Shown piece by piece: positions 1 to 12,911 of a stretch of DNA of 64,000 nt. How positions within the stretch are numbered: the first letter of the stretch is position 1; each line of letters starts with the position of its first letter. The DNA comes from Octopus sinensis (Eukaryota). The notes beneath the pieces are model-generated. The model was not told the DNA's origin. It was given only the letters and a program-made list of their open reading frames with translations, and ran no database searches. The DNA is taken from contig NC_043003.1 of the NCBI RefSeq assembly GCF_006345805.1, positions 6,944,001 to 7,008,000 on the forward strand. The letters are read 5' to 3'. The translations under genes and the position numbers were made by a program.

Positions 1-323
1 CAGAATCATTAGAAAGTTGGACAAAATGACCAAAAGACAATTTAGTTACGGCTCTGGACGTTGCGAGTTCAAATCCCAACAACGTCGATTTAGCCTTTTG
101 TCATTATATATGTTTCTATGTATTACGTACATACATACATCAGTCACATATAAACTGACATACGTAAACACTAACCAACCAACCCTACACACACACACAC
201 ATACAGATACATACATACACACACACTACATACATATAGTCTCACACATACAAACACACGCACTGTGTGAACAATCAACACGCATACAATCACGTGTACA
301 AGACGCAAACTGTTTTGTAAAGC

Positions 324-345
324 AGTAGTAGTAGTAGTGGTGGTG

Positions 346-385
<40 letters not shown>

Positions 386-402
386 CAGTAGTGGTGGTGG
401 TG

Positions 403-449
<47 letters not shown>

Positions 450-467
450 GGTGGTGGTGGCAGCAGC

Positions 468-509
<42 letters not shown>

Positions 510-530
510 TATGTAGTAGTAGTAGTAATA
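324..530. repeat. Compound (GTA)n/(GTG)n/(GCA)n trinucleotide microsatellite
   Basis: Direct reading; it explains the poly-T/Y/H ORFs at 171-612. Confidence 0.95.
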
Positions 531-1048
531 GCAGAGGGGAGGGTGACGGAGGTTGTGTCTGCGGTGGTGAGTGTATTCCATTATAATTCCATTCACATCT
601 AGGATGCATCACAGCAATCTTTCAGAAGTACTTGGCAGAGGGGTGGAGGGTGGGGTGGGGGAATAGACACGTTAGTAGTGTGTGGGGGGGTAGTGGTGTG
701 ACGGAGGAGGAGGAGGATGGTGGTAAGTGGTGATGGAGGGAGACGGGGTCGGGTGGGGTAGAAGTGAGAAATTGTTCTTGCATTAAAATCTCTTCTGGTG
801 TGTCAACTGATTACTGTTCCACAAAAGACAGTTAACGTCACCCCCCCCCCACCATCAACAGCTTCGTATGATGGTTGTTGATTGTCTTCTTGTTGCTTAG
901 CTCCAAATCGATCCTGGGCCAACAAAACTATGATACTACAAATCTAAGTCATTTCTACCATGACTATCACGTCTTTCCTTTTACACATACATATATACTC
1001 ATATTTACCCAACATAATGTGTTATCCTGTACCTTGAAGGGCCATACA

Positions 1049-1278
1049 TATTTCTTTATTACCCACAAGGGTCAAAACACAGAGGGGACAAACAAGAACA
1101 GACATACAGATTAAGTCGATTACATCGACCCCAGTGCGTAACTGGTACTTAATTTATCGACCCCGAAAGGACGAAAGGCAAAGTTGACCTCAGCGGAATT
1201 TGAACTCAGAACGTAACGCAGACGAAATACCGCTAAGCATTTCGCCCGGCGTGCTAACGTTTCTGCCAGCTCGCCGCC
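1049..1278 (-). mobile_element. tRNA-headed SINE, family A, full length
   Basis: Minus strand: GGCGGCGAGCTGGCAGAAACGTTAGC head, GTTCAAATTCC B-box, tail ending AAAGAAATA. Flanked by direct repeat GGCCATACA (1040-1048, 1283-1291). Confidence 0.9.
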
Positions 1279-1499
1279 CTACGGCCATACAGACACTTCA
1301 TCACCATCATCATCATCACCATCATCATCATCCCCAACTTTCTCTTCTAAAATGCGAGTAGCTACATAGCCCTTCTACTTCAAGAGACCTATTCTGCTCT
1401 GGCCCCTTTTCTTATACTTTAACCCTTCATCTCTCAATATAATGCTACCTTTCTTGGTTGTTTGTAGTTTACACGGTTGCATGGCAGCCTCACAAGTGT

Positions 1500-2115
1500 G
1501 CTGTGCCACAAAACATGCACCCACGATATGATGCAAAGTGGTTGGCATTAGGAAGGACATCCGGCCATTGAAATCATACCAATGTAGACAGTGAGTTAAT
1601 GCAGTCCTCTGGCTTGTCGGATCCTTGCCAGATCCAACCCATGTCAGCATGGAACACCATCATCATCATCATCATCATCATTATCATCATCGTTTAACAG
1701 CTGTTTTCCATGCTAGCATGGATTGGACGGTTCAACTGGGGTCTGGGAAGCCAGGAGGCTGCATCAGGCTCCAGTCTGATCTAGCAGTGTTTCTACAGCT
1801 GGATGCCCTTCCTAACGCCAACCACTCCATGAGTGTAGTGAGTGCTTTTTACGTCCCACCGGCACAGGTGCCAGGGGACGCTGGCAACGGCCACGATCGG
1901 TTTTTGCTTTTTACATGCCACCGGCACAGAAGCCAGTCAAGGTGGTGCTGGCATCGACCACATACAGATGGTGTATTTTACGTGCCACTGGCACAGGTGC
2001 CAGGGGAGGCTGGCAACAACCATGATCGGTTGGTGCTTTTTACGTGCCACCGCCACGTAAGCCAGTCAAGGCGGCACTGGCATCGGCCACATACGGGTGG
2101 TGCTTTTTAGGTGCC
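1500..2115. mobile_element. Tail-to-tail pair of RTE 3'UTR-derived elements (family B)
   Basis: A decayed + copy (~1500-1650) and a - copy (~1658-2115) meet at a (CAT)n tract; both carry the AGGAAGGGCATCCAGC-type core. Confidence 0.8.
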
Positions 2116-3168
2116 ATGATGATGATACCTGTCTCTAAGACCATATAAACTAATACAAATAAACAAATATCAAGTCAAAATATTTCTCCTTTTCCACACA
2201 GCAAAATATTGATATTATATTGACTTTTACTACTAACAGCTGCCAAACGTGATCCTGCCCAGGTTTGTTAATACACAAAATAAATGTGATCTTATGAATT
2301 CACAGCATTTTGAAATCAATTGCTAAGAAAAGATGTTGACAGTCTTCAGTTGGTCTGAGAATATTGGTTCTCTGAGAATTATTCCATCCAATCCAACATA
2401 GAGAATGATTTGACTTTCATAAAAATGTACTCAAATTGGATTTGTAATATAATTTTACTCAAACATTTAAAAACAAAACAAAAAAAATTCTGTGAAAGCC
2501 CGTTATTTTTCAATAATTAATGCAATTACTATAAGTGAATTATTTTTCTAATTCTAATGTCAATTGCAGTGCTTGAGGATGGGGTATACAGTATTGACAG
2601 TTATTTTATTTTGAAAAAAGAACTGAAAACATATCAGAGATGTCACATAGCTTACTACCGCCTTCATGAAGAATGCGTTTCTAAGCAGATATTAATTAGG
2701 CCCAAAACTGTGGTCTACAACTAGGCAGAACCACTGAAAGCATTCCTCTAATCTAGAAATGAAGAAAAATTCACAGAAGAATTAGCAAACTGATCTTAGA
2801 GAAAAATTGATGTTTTTGGAATCATTCTAAGTTGGCCTGAAATACAGAACAGCACAAAACAGAAGTAAAGAAGGTACACACACACACACACACACACGTT
2901 TCATTATCATTCATCATCATCATCATTCAATGTCTTACTGCCATACTGGCATGAGTTTGATGGTCGGACAGGAGCTGGCAAGCCAGGGGTGCGGACCACA
3001 CCAGACTCTACAGTCTACTTTCGCAAGGTTTCTATGGCTTGCTGTCCTTCCTTGTACCAACCACTTTACAGAATGTACTGGCACTATCACTAGGGACCAG
3101 GAAGCTCACAAGACAAAGACCCCTCACATATCTGCCTATTTTTCCTCAATCAACAGTTTTATGATATT

Positions 3169-3393
3169 GAGCTGGCAGAAACGTTAGCACGCCGGGCGAA
3201 ATACTTAGTGGTATTTCGTCTGCAGTTACGTTCTGAGTTCAAATTCCGCCAAGGTAGAATTTGCCTTTCATCCTTTCGGGGTCGATTAAATAAGTACTAG
3301 TTACACACTGGAGTCGATATAATCGACTTAATCCGTTTGTCTGTCCTTGTTTGTCCCCTCTATGTTTAGCCCCTTGTGGGTAGTAAAGAAATA
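3169..3393 (+). mobile_element. SINE family A, near full length
   Basis: GAGCTGGCAGAAACGTTAGC...GTTCAAATTCC...CCCTTGTGGGTAGTAAAGAAATA. Confidence 0.9.
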
Positions 3394-3879
3394 GATACTA
3401 TAACCCTCTACCTTCCCCCTTTTGTGTATTACCACCTTCCACCTCCTCCTCCTCCTTGACCCACTTCTATTTTTCTTACATTTCTCCAAACTGAGATTCC
3501 TTATTGTCCATATCTCCAACCATATTCACCAATCATTGACTTCACTTTTGTCCTCATCTCTACCAATCTGTTGCTCACCTTTCACACACTCATGAACCTA
3601 CCCACCCTCAAATCTCTGTTCATTTTCTTTCCCTGTCCACCTTTCTGTACCATGAAGATGCAGGAAGGGGAATACAGACCCCTCATCTTTACTAACCTTT
3701 CTCCCAGTTTTTCTGGGGCAGCCATGTGTATCTCCTCCACAGCAAGACACCTGTCCTTTTCCCTCTAACATACTTTAGCCTCTCAATAGCTCACAAAAAG
3801 GCCATGTCCCTCAATACTCTAAGCCCTCCTCTGTCGAAGGATCTTGTCTTACAAATTATTTCATGATGTCACTAGTGAC

Positions 3880-4078
3880 AGTGCCAGAAAAAGCAGCCAG
3901 GACACTCAGTAATGCGGTTAGCATTAGGAAGGGCATCCAACTGTAGAATTGATGCCAAAGGAGACAACGGAGTCTGGCACAGTCCTCTGGCTTGCCAGAC
4001 TCCTGCCATATTGTCTAACACATAACAGCATGGAAGGTAGACATTAAATGACGATGATGATGATGATGATGATGATGT
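3880..4078 (+). mobile_element. Family B (RTE 3'UTR) copy
   Basis: ATTAGGAAGGGCATCCAACTGTAGAA core and (GAT)n tail. Confidence 0.75.
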
Positions 4079-4173
4079 ATGTGTGTGTGTGTGTGCATGT
4101 GTGCATGTGTGTGTATGTGACACTAGCACCAGCAAGATCATCAAATAACTTGCAAAACAGGACCCTTCAACGA

Positions 4174-4203
4174 TTAGGGTTAGGGTTAAGGTTAGGGTTA
4201 GGG
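4174..4203 (+). repeat. Short interstitial telomere-like repeat (5 units of TTAGGG/TTAAGG)
   Basis: TTAGGG TTAGGG TTAAGG TTAGGG TTAGGG read directly. Confidence 0.85.
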
Positions 4204-4309
4204 GTGGGGGAAGGGTATCTTTTTTTCTTCGCAAATGTAAATAAACCCAATCTGTTTCTTAAACAAGGGACATATTCATACAGCACGGAATGTTATTTAG
4301 CTAAATGGA

Positions 4310-4500
4310 GGTCAGCGATTGGTTAAAATTGCCGAAATGCTTGAAATTAAAGTGGAAATATGTTACAACATATAGAATTTTCTCAATAAAGCCAAGAAAA
4401 AATGATGTTTTATAAACACATTCTACCAGTATACAAAGTTTAAAAGTGTTTAGTTAACTAGAAATTGTGTTGACATGTGCCGTTCAAAAAGAAAAGATCC
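4310..4500 (+). mobile_element. Unclassified dispersed repeat; inverted homolog at ~46990-47200
   Basis: Shared GATTGGTT.AAATTGCCGAAATGC...CACATTCTACCAGTATAC.AAGTTTAAAAGT segments. Confidence 0.65.
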
Positions 4501-4850
4501 ACGCCCTCGCCTATAAGATGCAACGAAAATTTTAGGACAATAAAAATAAGAAAAACGTGGAAATTTTACCAGTGAGTGTGTTACATAATAAGGCACAAAA
4601 AGAAAATGACTCTCCCCAGACACAATAGAACATGTCACACAGCTGCAATAGAATGCTGTATCACCAACAATAATGTGATTTCTCTAAGACATCACCCAGT
4701 AATCTATCAAGTCCATTAACACATTTCTCAATACATAATGCTGTTATGACTTCCCTATGCCTCCATTGTAGATGGGTAAATTTGCTGGTATTCAATAATG
4801 AAGGGAGTCAAATTCCAATAAATTTGATTGCAAAATAGGAATATAAGAAA

Positions 4851-5218
4851 CTAGCACTATGACCCGGCAATGCCAGGTCATAGTGCTAGTGCATGCATAT
4901 ACAGCTGCGTGCATGCACACATACACGTGAGTACTGTCCAAATCTCCGACCAATCACATGCAGCTAGCTGGCATTCAATTGGTGTATCAAGTTTCGGCCA
5001 TTTTGATTGGGTTTTGGATAGAAAATTCACAAAAAAGTCACTTCTATTGATTTTTTAATGGCTTTGTTGGGTGACTGGGGAAATGTAAAGATGTGCACGA
5101 CCACCCTTGGACGGTTTTGAATGACCATAGAAAGTGCGAGCCCTCTAACTGAAAAATTGTGGATTTGTATAAAGGACACACACACAGACAGACATTTTGC
5201 CGTGTATATATATAGAGA
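4851..5218 (-). mobile_element. Non-autonomous Helitron, family D1
   Basis: Minus strand begins TC(TCTATATATATA), ends with a CTAGCACTATGACC...GGTCATAGTGCTAG hairpin and CTAG, and sits between A and T. Confidence 0.8.
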
Positions 5219-5863
5219 TTATTAGCTTTGATAAATAATTCTGGTGATAAAAGCTAAGTGAGACAACTGTGATACATTTACATATGTGTAAGGAAAAATT
5301 TAAAAAAACAAGGAAAAGACAAACAATTTTGACTAGGACAAATTCGCCTAAAAGAAGGGGAAACCTTTATGGGTTACTCATGGAAAACCTACAAAAACCA
5401 CAGCCACAATAATCACTGAGCCAACTGCCCACTTCCAGTAGACCTTCTCCAAACAATAGGTGTATTGTTTTGAAGATAAATACCATGATTTAGATTTAGA
5501 GAACAGAGCAAAGAACAAACTAAACTAGTTTCCCTGGTCATTGCCATCTCGTCAAGAGTATAAATATCATCTGATCTACAGAGAGAGACAGAGACAGACA
5601 GACAGATAGATAAGGAGAGAGAAGAGAGAAGGAGAGCAGAAGACAAGAGAGAGAGGGAGACTTTAGCTAACAGCTAAATTCTACAAATAAGCAACACAGC
5701 ACTACTTTAGCTCATTTGCATATCGGTATGTTGTTTACAAGTTTATAAATGAATTTACATTTGTTTGTTTTAATAAACATACCTTTAGTTCATTTCCCAA
5801 GCATATGGTTGCAGGTTCAATCTCACTGCATGGCACCTTTTGACTGGATTTGGCAGAGAGAAA

Positions 5864-6510
<647 letters not shown>

Positions 6511-6584
6511 ATAAAAGAAAAGGAATAAACAATGACAGTTCAATCTGTGGTACATATGTTTTCATAGAATGGTGATTTACTCTT

Positions 6585-6975
6585 TTACTTGTTTCAGTCA
6601 TTTAACTGCGGCCATGCTGGAGCACCACCTTTTAGTCAAGTAAATCGACCCCAGGACTTATTCTTTGTAAGCCTAGTACTTATTCTATCAGTCTCTTTTG
6701 CTGAACCGCTAAGTTATGGGGACATAAAAACACCACTATCGGTTGTCAAGCAATGGTGGGGGGACAAACACAGATACACAAACATACACACACATACATA
6801 TACATACATATATACAACGGGCTTCTTTCAGTTTCCGTCAACCAAATCCACTCACAAGGCTTTGATCGGCCCGAGGCCATAGTAGAAGACACTAGCCCAA
6901 GGTGCCACGCAGTGGGAATGAACCCTGAACTATGTGGTTGATAAGCAAGATACTTACCATACAGCCACTCCTCAT
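6585..6975 (-). mobile_element. tRNA-headed SINE, family C (internal microsatellite)
   Basis: Minus strand: AGGAGTGGCTGT head, GGAAACTGAAAGAAGCC, (TA/TG)n, tail CCAGCATGGCCGCAGT..ATGACTGAAACAAGTAAAAGAG. Confidence 0.85.
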
Positions 6976-7342
6976 GCATACATCATACACTAACCAGCCA
7001 TTACATCAAGCAACCGACTGGTAGTAGAACAAAAATCCCATGCACAGAGAACTGAACCAGAGAAATGCCCTTTAATCTTACCAATAACAGGATGAGCTGC
7101 AAAGGGAATTTAGCCAATCAAACGTTTTAATATAGTATGAATAACCCAGTCCATAGCATACATAACAAATGTGACAACTGAGATTGGAGTTGTGAAGTGC
7201 TTGATATCATTAAATAGTCATTCTTAACGTTGTGGTGGAATGATAAAAGGAAAATGTTATTACTTGATTAATTAATTATTAAAGTTGCTACAGTGTAAAC
7301 TGCAAACTACTAAGCTAATAATTATGATCACTGTCAAGGAGA

Positions 7343-7420
7343 TGAGCTGGCAGAACCGTTAGCACTCCGGACGAAATGCTTAGCCGTATTTCGTCTGCCG
7401 TTACGTTCTGAGTTCAAATT
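7343..7420 (+). mobile_element. SINE family A head, 3' truncated
   Basis: GAGCTGGCAGAACCGTTAGC...GTTCAAATTC, then an abrupt switch to transposase sequence. Confidence 0.8.
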
Positions 7421-7690
7421 CTGCATTGCCAGACATAGGGTCTTCCAGCAGCCACCCTCTTGACCCAGGGAAGCACTACCTTCTCCAGGCACTTGATGTA
7501 GGCCTCTGTGTTGAGTCTGAGGCTATGTGGGAAGATGGATGGAGGCATAATGTCGCCATCACTAGTGATCCCTCCAAACACCATGATGTTGACTAAATGC
7601 TTGATTTTTATCACTCTCGGTATATGTCCTTAGATTGACACCCAAACACTCTGAAATGTTCATATTGGAGCTTCCGGTACAAATGCCAAG
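7421..7690 (-). mobile_element. Tc1/mariner transposase fragment (internally deleted)
   Basis: ORF 7414-7614 reads KHLVNIMVFGGITSDGDIMPPSIF...NTEAYIKCLEKVVLPWV...YVWQ, which resembles the mariner catalytic domain before the QD motif. An HTH-like remnant (NISECLGVNLRT) lies at ~7625-7680. Confidence 0.7.
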
Positions 7691-7887
7691 CAGTACAGCA
7701 TGTTGTTTCCAAATTTCTGGCAGAAGGAATTGCATCATGGTGTTGTTTTTCTCATAGATGGTGCCTAACTGACCCTACTATACTGAGTAGTCGACAAAAT
7801 CAAAATCAAACAATGGGCACATATGAAATTAAAAATATAAAATGGTAATAATTTACCCATCGCACTCTGTGTGTGTGTATGTATATG

Positions 7888-8085
7888 TCATCATCATCAT
7901 CATCATCATTTAACGTCCGCTTTCCATGCCAGCATAGGCTGGATGATTTGACTGAGGTCTGGTGAACCAGATGGCCGCACCAGACTCCAATCTGATCTGG
8001 CAGAGTTTCTACAGCTGGATGCCCTTCCTACTGCCAACCACTCTGAGAATGTAGTGGGTGCTTTTACGTGCCACCAGCACGAGGT
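7888..8085 (-). mobile_element. Family B copy
   Basis: (CAT)n followed by TTTAACGTCCGCTTTCCATGC and the reverse-complement core. Confidence 0.85.
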
Positions 8086-8087
8086 CC

Positions 8088-8118
<31 letters not shown>

Positions 8119-8164
8119 AGCATGAACAAAGGAGGCTAAATGATGATATATATATATATATTCT

Positions 8165-9205
8165 GAACCAAACATTTTTTGTGAATGGAATAAGGTTAGA
8201 AGTCACTGAGACCTTTGTTTATCTTGAAAGCATAATGTCAAGAGATGGTGGTCATGATGCGGAGATATACTATTGAATAGGGATGGGAAGTGTTGCATTT
8301 GGAAAGCTCGAAAAGTGAGTATTGGTGGATAGAGGTATTTCCCAGCAGACAAAATCGGTGTCTATAAAGTGTGTTTATTGTCTGTGCTGCTTTATCTAAG
8401 TGAGACATGGACCATTTACAAGCATCACATAAAAATGTTGGAGCAAGTTTATCAAAAGTGCCTCAGAAGTATCTTAAGAGTCAAGTGGGAATGTTTCACC
8501 AGATAGAGGTTTTTCCCATGGCATGTTGCAGCTCAGTCGACCAAGATGTTATCTTGGCTCAAATGAGATGGACTGGACATGTTATTAGAATAAAAGACAA
8601 GCGATTGCCTGAGTGTCATTTTTTTGTTTTGGTGAGCTCAACTCTGGTAAGTGACCACAACATAAGCCGAGGAAAAGGTATTAAAGACTGTGTGAAGGAA
8701 AACCTGAAGAAACTAGATATGAAAAAAAGTGATTGGAAAAATGATGTTGTAGATCAGAACAAGTGGAGAGGTGCTGTTAGGACTGGTTGCCATGCCTGGG
8801 AGGAAAAGATGATTCAGCAGTCTGAGCTTAAAAGGGCCTGTTGCAAAGGAACAATTGGAACCGGAATCAACAGTGAACATTGGGTATTATATGTGAGTCA
8901 AAAGCAGGACACGTGAAGCATATGAAGTTGCATGAAAATCGAAATGCCCAGATAGGTAACAACCTTGGACACCGACTGCCTCTTATGACTCGTGTCATAT
9001 GTCACAAAACTTGTAAGACGATATCTGTACTTGAAAGACATATGCTAGTCCACAAAAACATTCCTTCAGAATCAAATTTCAAAGGGCAAAGAGGTAGGAG
9101 AAACTGGAATAATATCTGTCACTTGTGCTTTAAACCCTGTCAGTCAGCAGCTGGTCCTAAAAGTCATCTGATGACTCATCAACGGAGGGATTGTGCTGTG
9201 TGATG
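8165..9205 (+). mobile_element. 5'-truncated RTE (BovB-like) LINE ORF remnant with C-terminal C2H2-like repeats
   Basis: LEVTETFVYLES, AQMRWTGHVIRIKDKRLP, RYKD-like KDCVKENLKK, KWRGAV motifs, frameshifted. Ends in three CxxC...HxxxH-like motifs followed by a microsatellite. Confidence 0.85.
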
Positions 9206-9235
9206 GGGTGAGGTGTGTGTGTTGAAGCAATCATC

Positions 9236-9260
9236 GTGTATATATATATATGCATATGTG

Positions 9261-9322
<62 letters not shown>

Positions 9323-9442
9323 AACATATATATGTATGTATCTATGCATGTATATATATATATATATATGCATATATATATGCATGTATGCATGTATATA
9401 TGTATATATATATGTATGTATGCATGTATATATATGCATGTA

Positions 9443-9506
<64 letters not shown>

Positions 9507-9602
9507 GAGACACATACACATATTTGTGTATATATATATACACACACATATATATATATATATGTATGTAATTATGTGTGTGTGTGTGTGTGTGTATGTA
9601 TC
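9236..9602. repeat. Compound (TA)n/(TG)n/(CA)n/TATG microsatellite
   Basis: Direct reading. Confidence 0.95.
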
Positions 9603-10116
9603 TATTGTCCTGGATATAGTTTTAAGCTGTATCTGGTTGTGGGGCACTGGTATGGGAGTTCCAGGGTTTTGAGAGTGTGGAACTAGCTCTTAAGCACTAT
9701 TGTTCCCAGGTCTACTTCGACCCAGAGTTGTAAAGCTTGTTAGGGTTCTAGATACAGGCTGATTAGTATGTAAACCGCCAGAAGTGAAGGGTTCTTAGTT
9801 CTCATTAGAACAGCCTTCTAGAGGAAGGCAAACTTGTATTAAAAAAAAAGCCTGAAGTGCAGTTGTTTTCTGGTCATCTCAACCTCTGTTGTGCCACTGG
9901 TTTTATAGCTTATTGCATTGAAAAGTGGGTTCAATACTGGGCTGCACTTTATCCACTCATAACAAATTGATACACAGAAACTTCTTGAACTCTTGGAATG
10001 TTTGCACAGATTGACTGAGTTTAGGAAGTGGTCTTATGCAGTCATGAGTTGACTGCCAACCGCGTGCGCGCGTGCGTGTGTTTAATCGATTGGTTTGGAT
10101 CACAGTGATCATAATT

Positions 10117-10538
10117 TATTTCTTTACTACCCACAAGGGGCTAAACACAAAGAGGACAAACAAGGACAGACAAACGGATTAAGTCAATTACATCAACCCC
10201 ACAGTGTGTAACTGGTACTTAATTTATCGACCCCGAAAGGATGAAAGGCAAAGTCGACCTTGGCGGAATTTGAACTCAGAACGTAATGGCAAACGAAATA
10301 CCTATTTCTGTACTACCCACAAGGAGCTAAACACAGAGAGGACAAACAAGGACAGATAAACAGATTAAGTCGATTACATCGACCCCAGTGCATTGCGTAA
10401 CTGGTACTTATTTAATCGACCCCAAAAGGATGAAAGGCAAAGTCGACCTCAGCAGAATTTGAACTCAGAACGTAGCGGCAGACGAAATACCGCTAAGCAT
10501 TTTGTCCGTTGTGTTATCGTTTCTGCCAGCTCGCCACC
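10117..10538 (-). mobile_element. SINE family A dimer (one full unit plus one headless unit)
   Basis: Junction GAAATA|GGTATTTCG at 10303/10302 on the minus strand. Confidence 0.9.
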
Positions 10539-11644
10539 TTAAGAAACTATTAGTACCTCATGTCTTTATAGTGCATACATTAAATGATACAAGTGTGTGT
10601 GTGAGTGAGTGGGTGTATATATATACATACATAAATAAAAACAGCACAGTGTCAGTGTACACGTCCAACAGAATGCTAGTGTATTGAGAGTTAGGAGTTA
10701 GATGCAGCGTGCAAAATAGAAAATGCACATGTTTGGTTATGTGATGCTTATAGGTGCAGACAGCTGCATAAAGAAGTCTTGATCTCTTAACGTGGGTGGA
10801 ACTTGTGAAAGAGGAAGACCCAGGAAGACATTGGATGAAGGCCGTACCAAGATGCTGTACCTTATGAAGGAGATAACAAGGGACCGAGATATCTGTGTTT
10901 TGCTATGCTCAAGAAGAACTGTACATCACAGTAGAATTTATATCCTTAAACCACTCTGGTAATGCTTACCTCCTTCCTCTCTGGCCCATCAACCTTCTCC
11001 CATCACATTTCATCCTCTAGCATCCATCACTATCTCTCTCACCTGAGAGCAGAATAGGTACATACAGCACCCCTTGGCTTTCTTCCCTTGCCTACTGTCT
11101 GGGTAGTTACTCTCAGAAACCTAGGTCTGTGAGTATCACGTAAGGCTAAGAGATGGGAGAAATTACCTCCGTTGTATATGCTAAACGGGCACAAACTGTG
11201 TGTCGGCAACCAATTGGAAAAGATGTTTTCCTGGGGCTAAATAACAGTAACACCGTCCTCATATAGGGGTGCCACATTATGTTGGCAAATAAACTTAACT
11301 ATTTGGTATTGTTACTATATATCACTTGCTCAGAGATTTAAAACAAGCTATATCATAAATCTCTTGGTACAAAGGCACATCCCATCAATAATACTCCCTC
11401 TACCAGTTGAGGGGGGTTCTGTCTTGCAAGGTACTTGGGGACCGTCAGTGCTGGTGTCTGGTGTCACATAAAAAGCACTGGTTCTGGTGCCATGTCAAAA
11501 GCACAAGCACTCGGTACGCGGTAAAGTGGTTGGCATTAGGAATGACATCCAGCTGTAGAAACCATGCCAAAACAATGGAATCTAGAGCAGCTTCCAGAAT
11601 TGCCAGCTCCTGTGAAACCATCCAGCCCACAGCAGCATGGAAAA

Positions 11645-12011
11645 TCTCTCTATATATAAACGGCAAAATGTCTGTCTGTGTTTGTGTCCTTTATACAAAT
11701 CCACAATTTTTCAGTTAGAGGGCTCGCACTTTCTATGTTCATTCAAAACCATCCAAGGGTAGTCGTGCACATCTTTACATTCCCCAGTCACCCTGCAAAG
11801 CCATTAAAAAATCAATAGAAGTGACTTTTTTGTGAATTTTCTATCCAAAACTCAATCAAAATGCCTCAAACTTGATACGCCAATTGAATGCCAGCTAGCT
11901 GTATGTGATTGGTCGGAGATTTGGACAGTACTCGCATGTATGTACACACGCACGCATCTGTATATGCATGCACTAGCACTATGACCCGGCAACGCCGGGT
12001 CATAGTGCCAG
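11645..12011 (+). mobile_element. Helitron D1 inserted into the tail of a family B copy
   Basis: A|TCTCTCTATATATAAACGG ... CCCGGCAACGCCGGG hairpin, CCAG|T. The family B tail AGCATGGAAAA|TGGATATTAAATGAC is split by it. Confidence 0.85.
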
Positions 12012-12602
12012 TGGATATTAAATGACAATGATGATGATATATATCTATATATTCATTACCTTACACTGAGGTCTCAACTTTTTGGTGGAGTCATGGGGAC
12101 ACATTATTGTGATACTCGCCGTCTTGGGCATTTTTAGACCTGGCAGATATGTCACTTTGTCAAACAATAACACTGCTCATAGTTTGAGCCATCACCTTGT
12201 CAAACAGTAACACTATGAGGTAAATATGCAGAGCTATTTGTACTTAATAAATGGTGGTGGGTAGGATGATATTCCAGAGGCTAGAGTCAGAATCTTTGTA
12301 AAGCTAAGTCACACATGATCAAGAAGATAACTGTGACCTTTCCCTTTTAAAAAAAAAAATTAAAATACCAAGCACTACATTTTGTCCCTCTATTTTTAGG
12401 ATGGTATAGCGTAAGCTGAGGAAAAGTTAGCTGCTATTTCTTACAAGTTAAATGACCTACTACAGACTCTCTCTTGAGGATTGACTACAACACAGTTAGC
12501 ATTGGGGGAATCAGAAAAAAGTCAAGCGGATCTTCAAAAGTGTGATGTGAATTTAACTTACCACCACTACACAACTGTTGGATCAGAACTGATGTAAGGC
12601 TC

Positions 12603-12639
<37 letters not shown>

Positions 12640-12736
12640 ATATATGTAAATAAGGATAAGATCGTTAATTAAAATATAATAACGATTTTATCAAGTGGCC
12701 AGCATGGAAAAAATAACCTTCAAAGGTAATAAATAC

Positions 12737-12897
12737 TAAAATTATAAATTAGGATATCTCGTAGATACCACCATGCTGAAAATAGCAGCCATGATCTGAC
12801 TCTAAAACCACCTTAAATTAAGGTGGTTTTAGAGTCAGATCATGGCTGCTATTTTCAGCATGGTGGTATCTACGAGATATCCTAATTTATAATTTTA
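12737..12897. repeat. Perfect inverted repeat, 80-bp arms, 1-nt spacer
   Basis: Arms checked base by base; centre CCTTAA-A-TTAAGG at 12817. Confidence 0.95.
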
Positions 12898-12911
12898 TAT
12901 ATATATATATA

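Noticed and set aside
171-612. Long poly-Thr/Tyr/His ORFs, and the many [14 protein letters not shown] ORFs across the window
   Set aside because: Translations of stop-free microsatellites.
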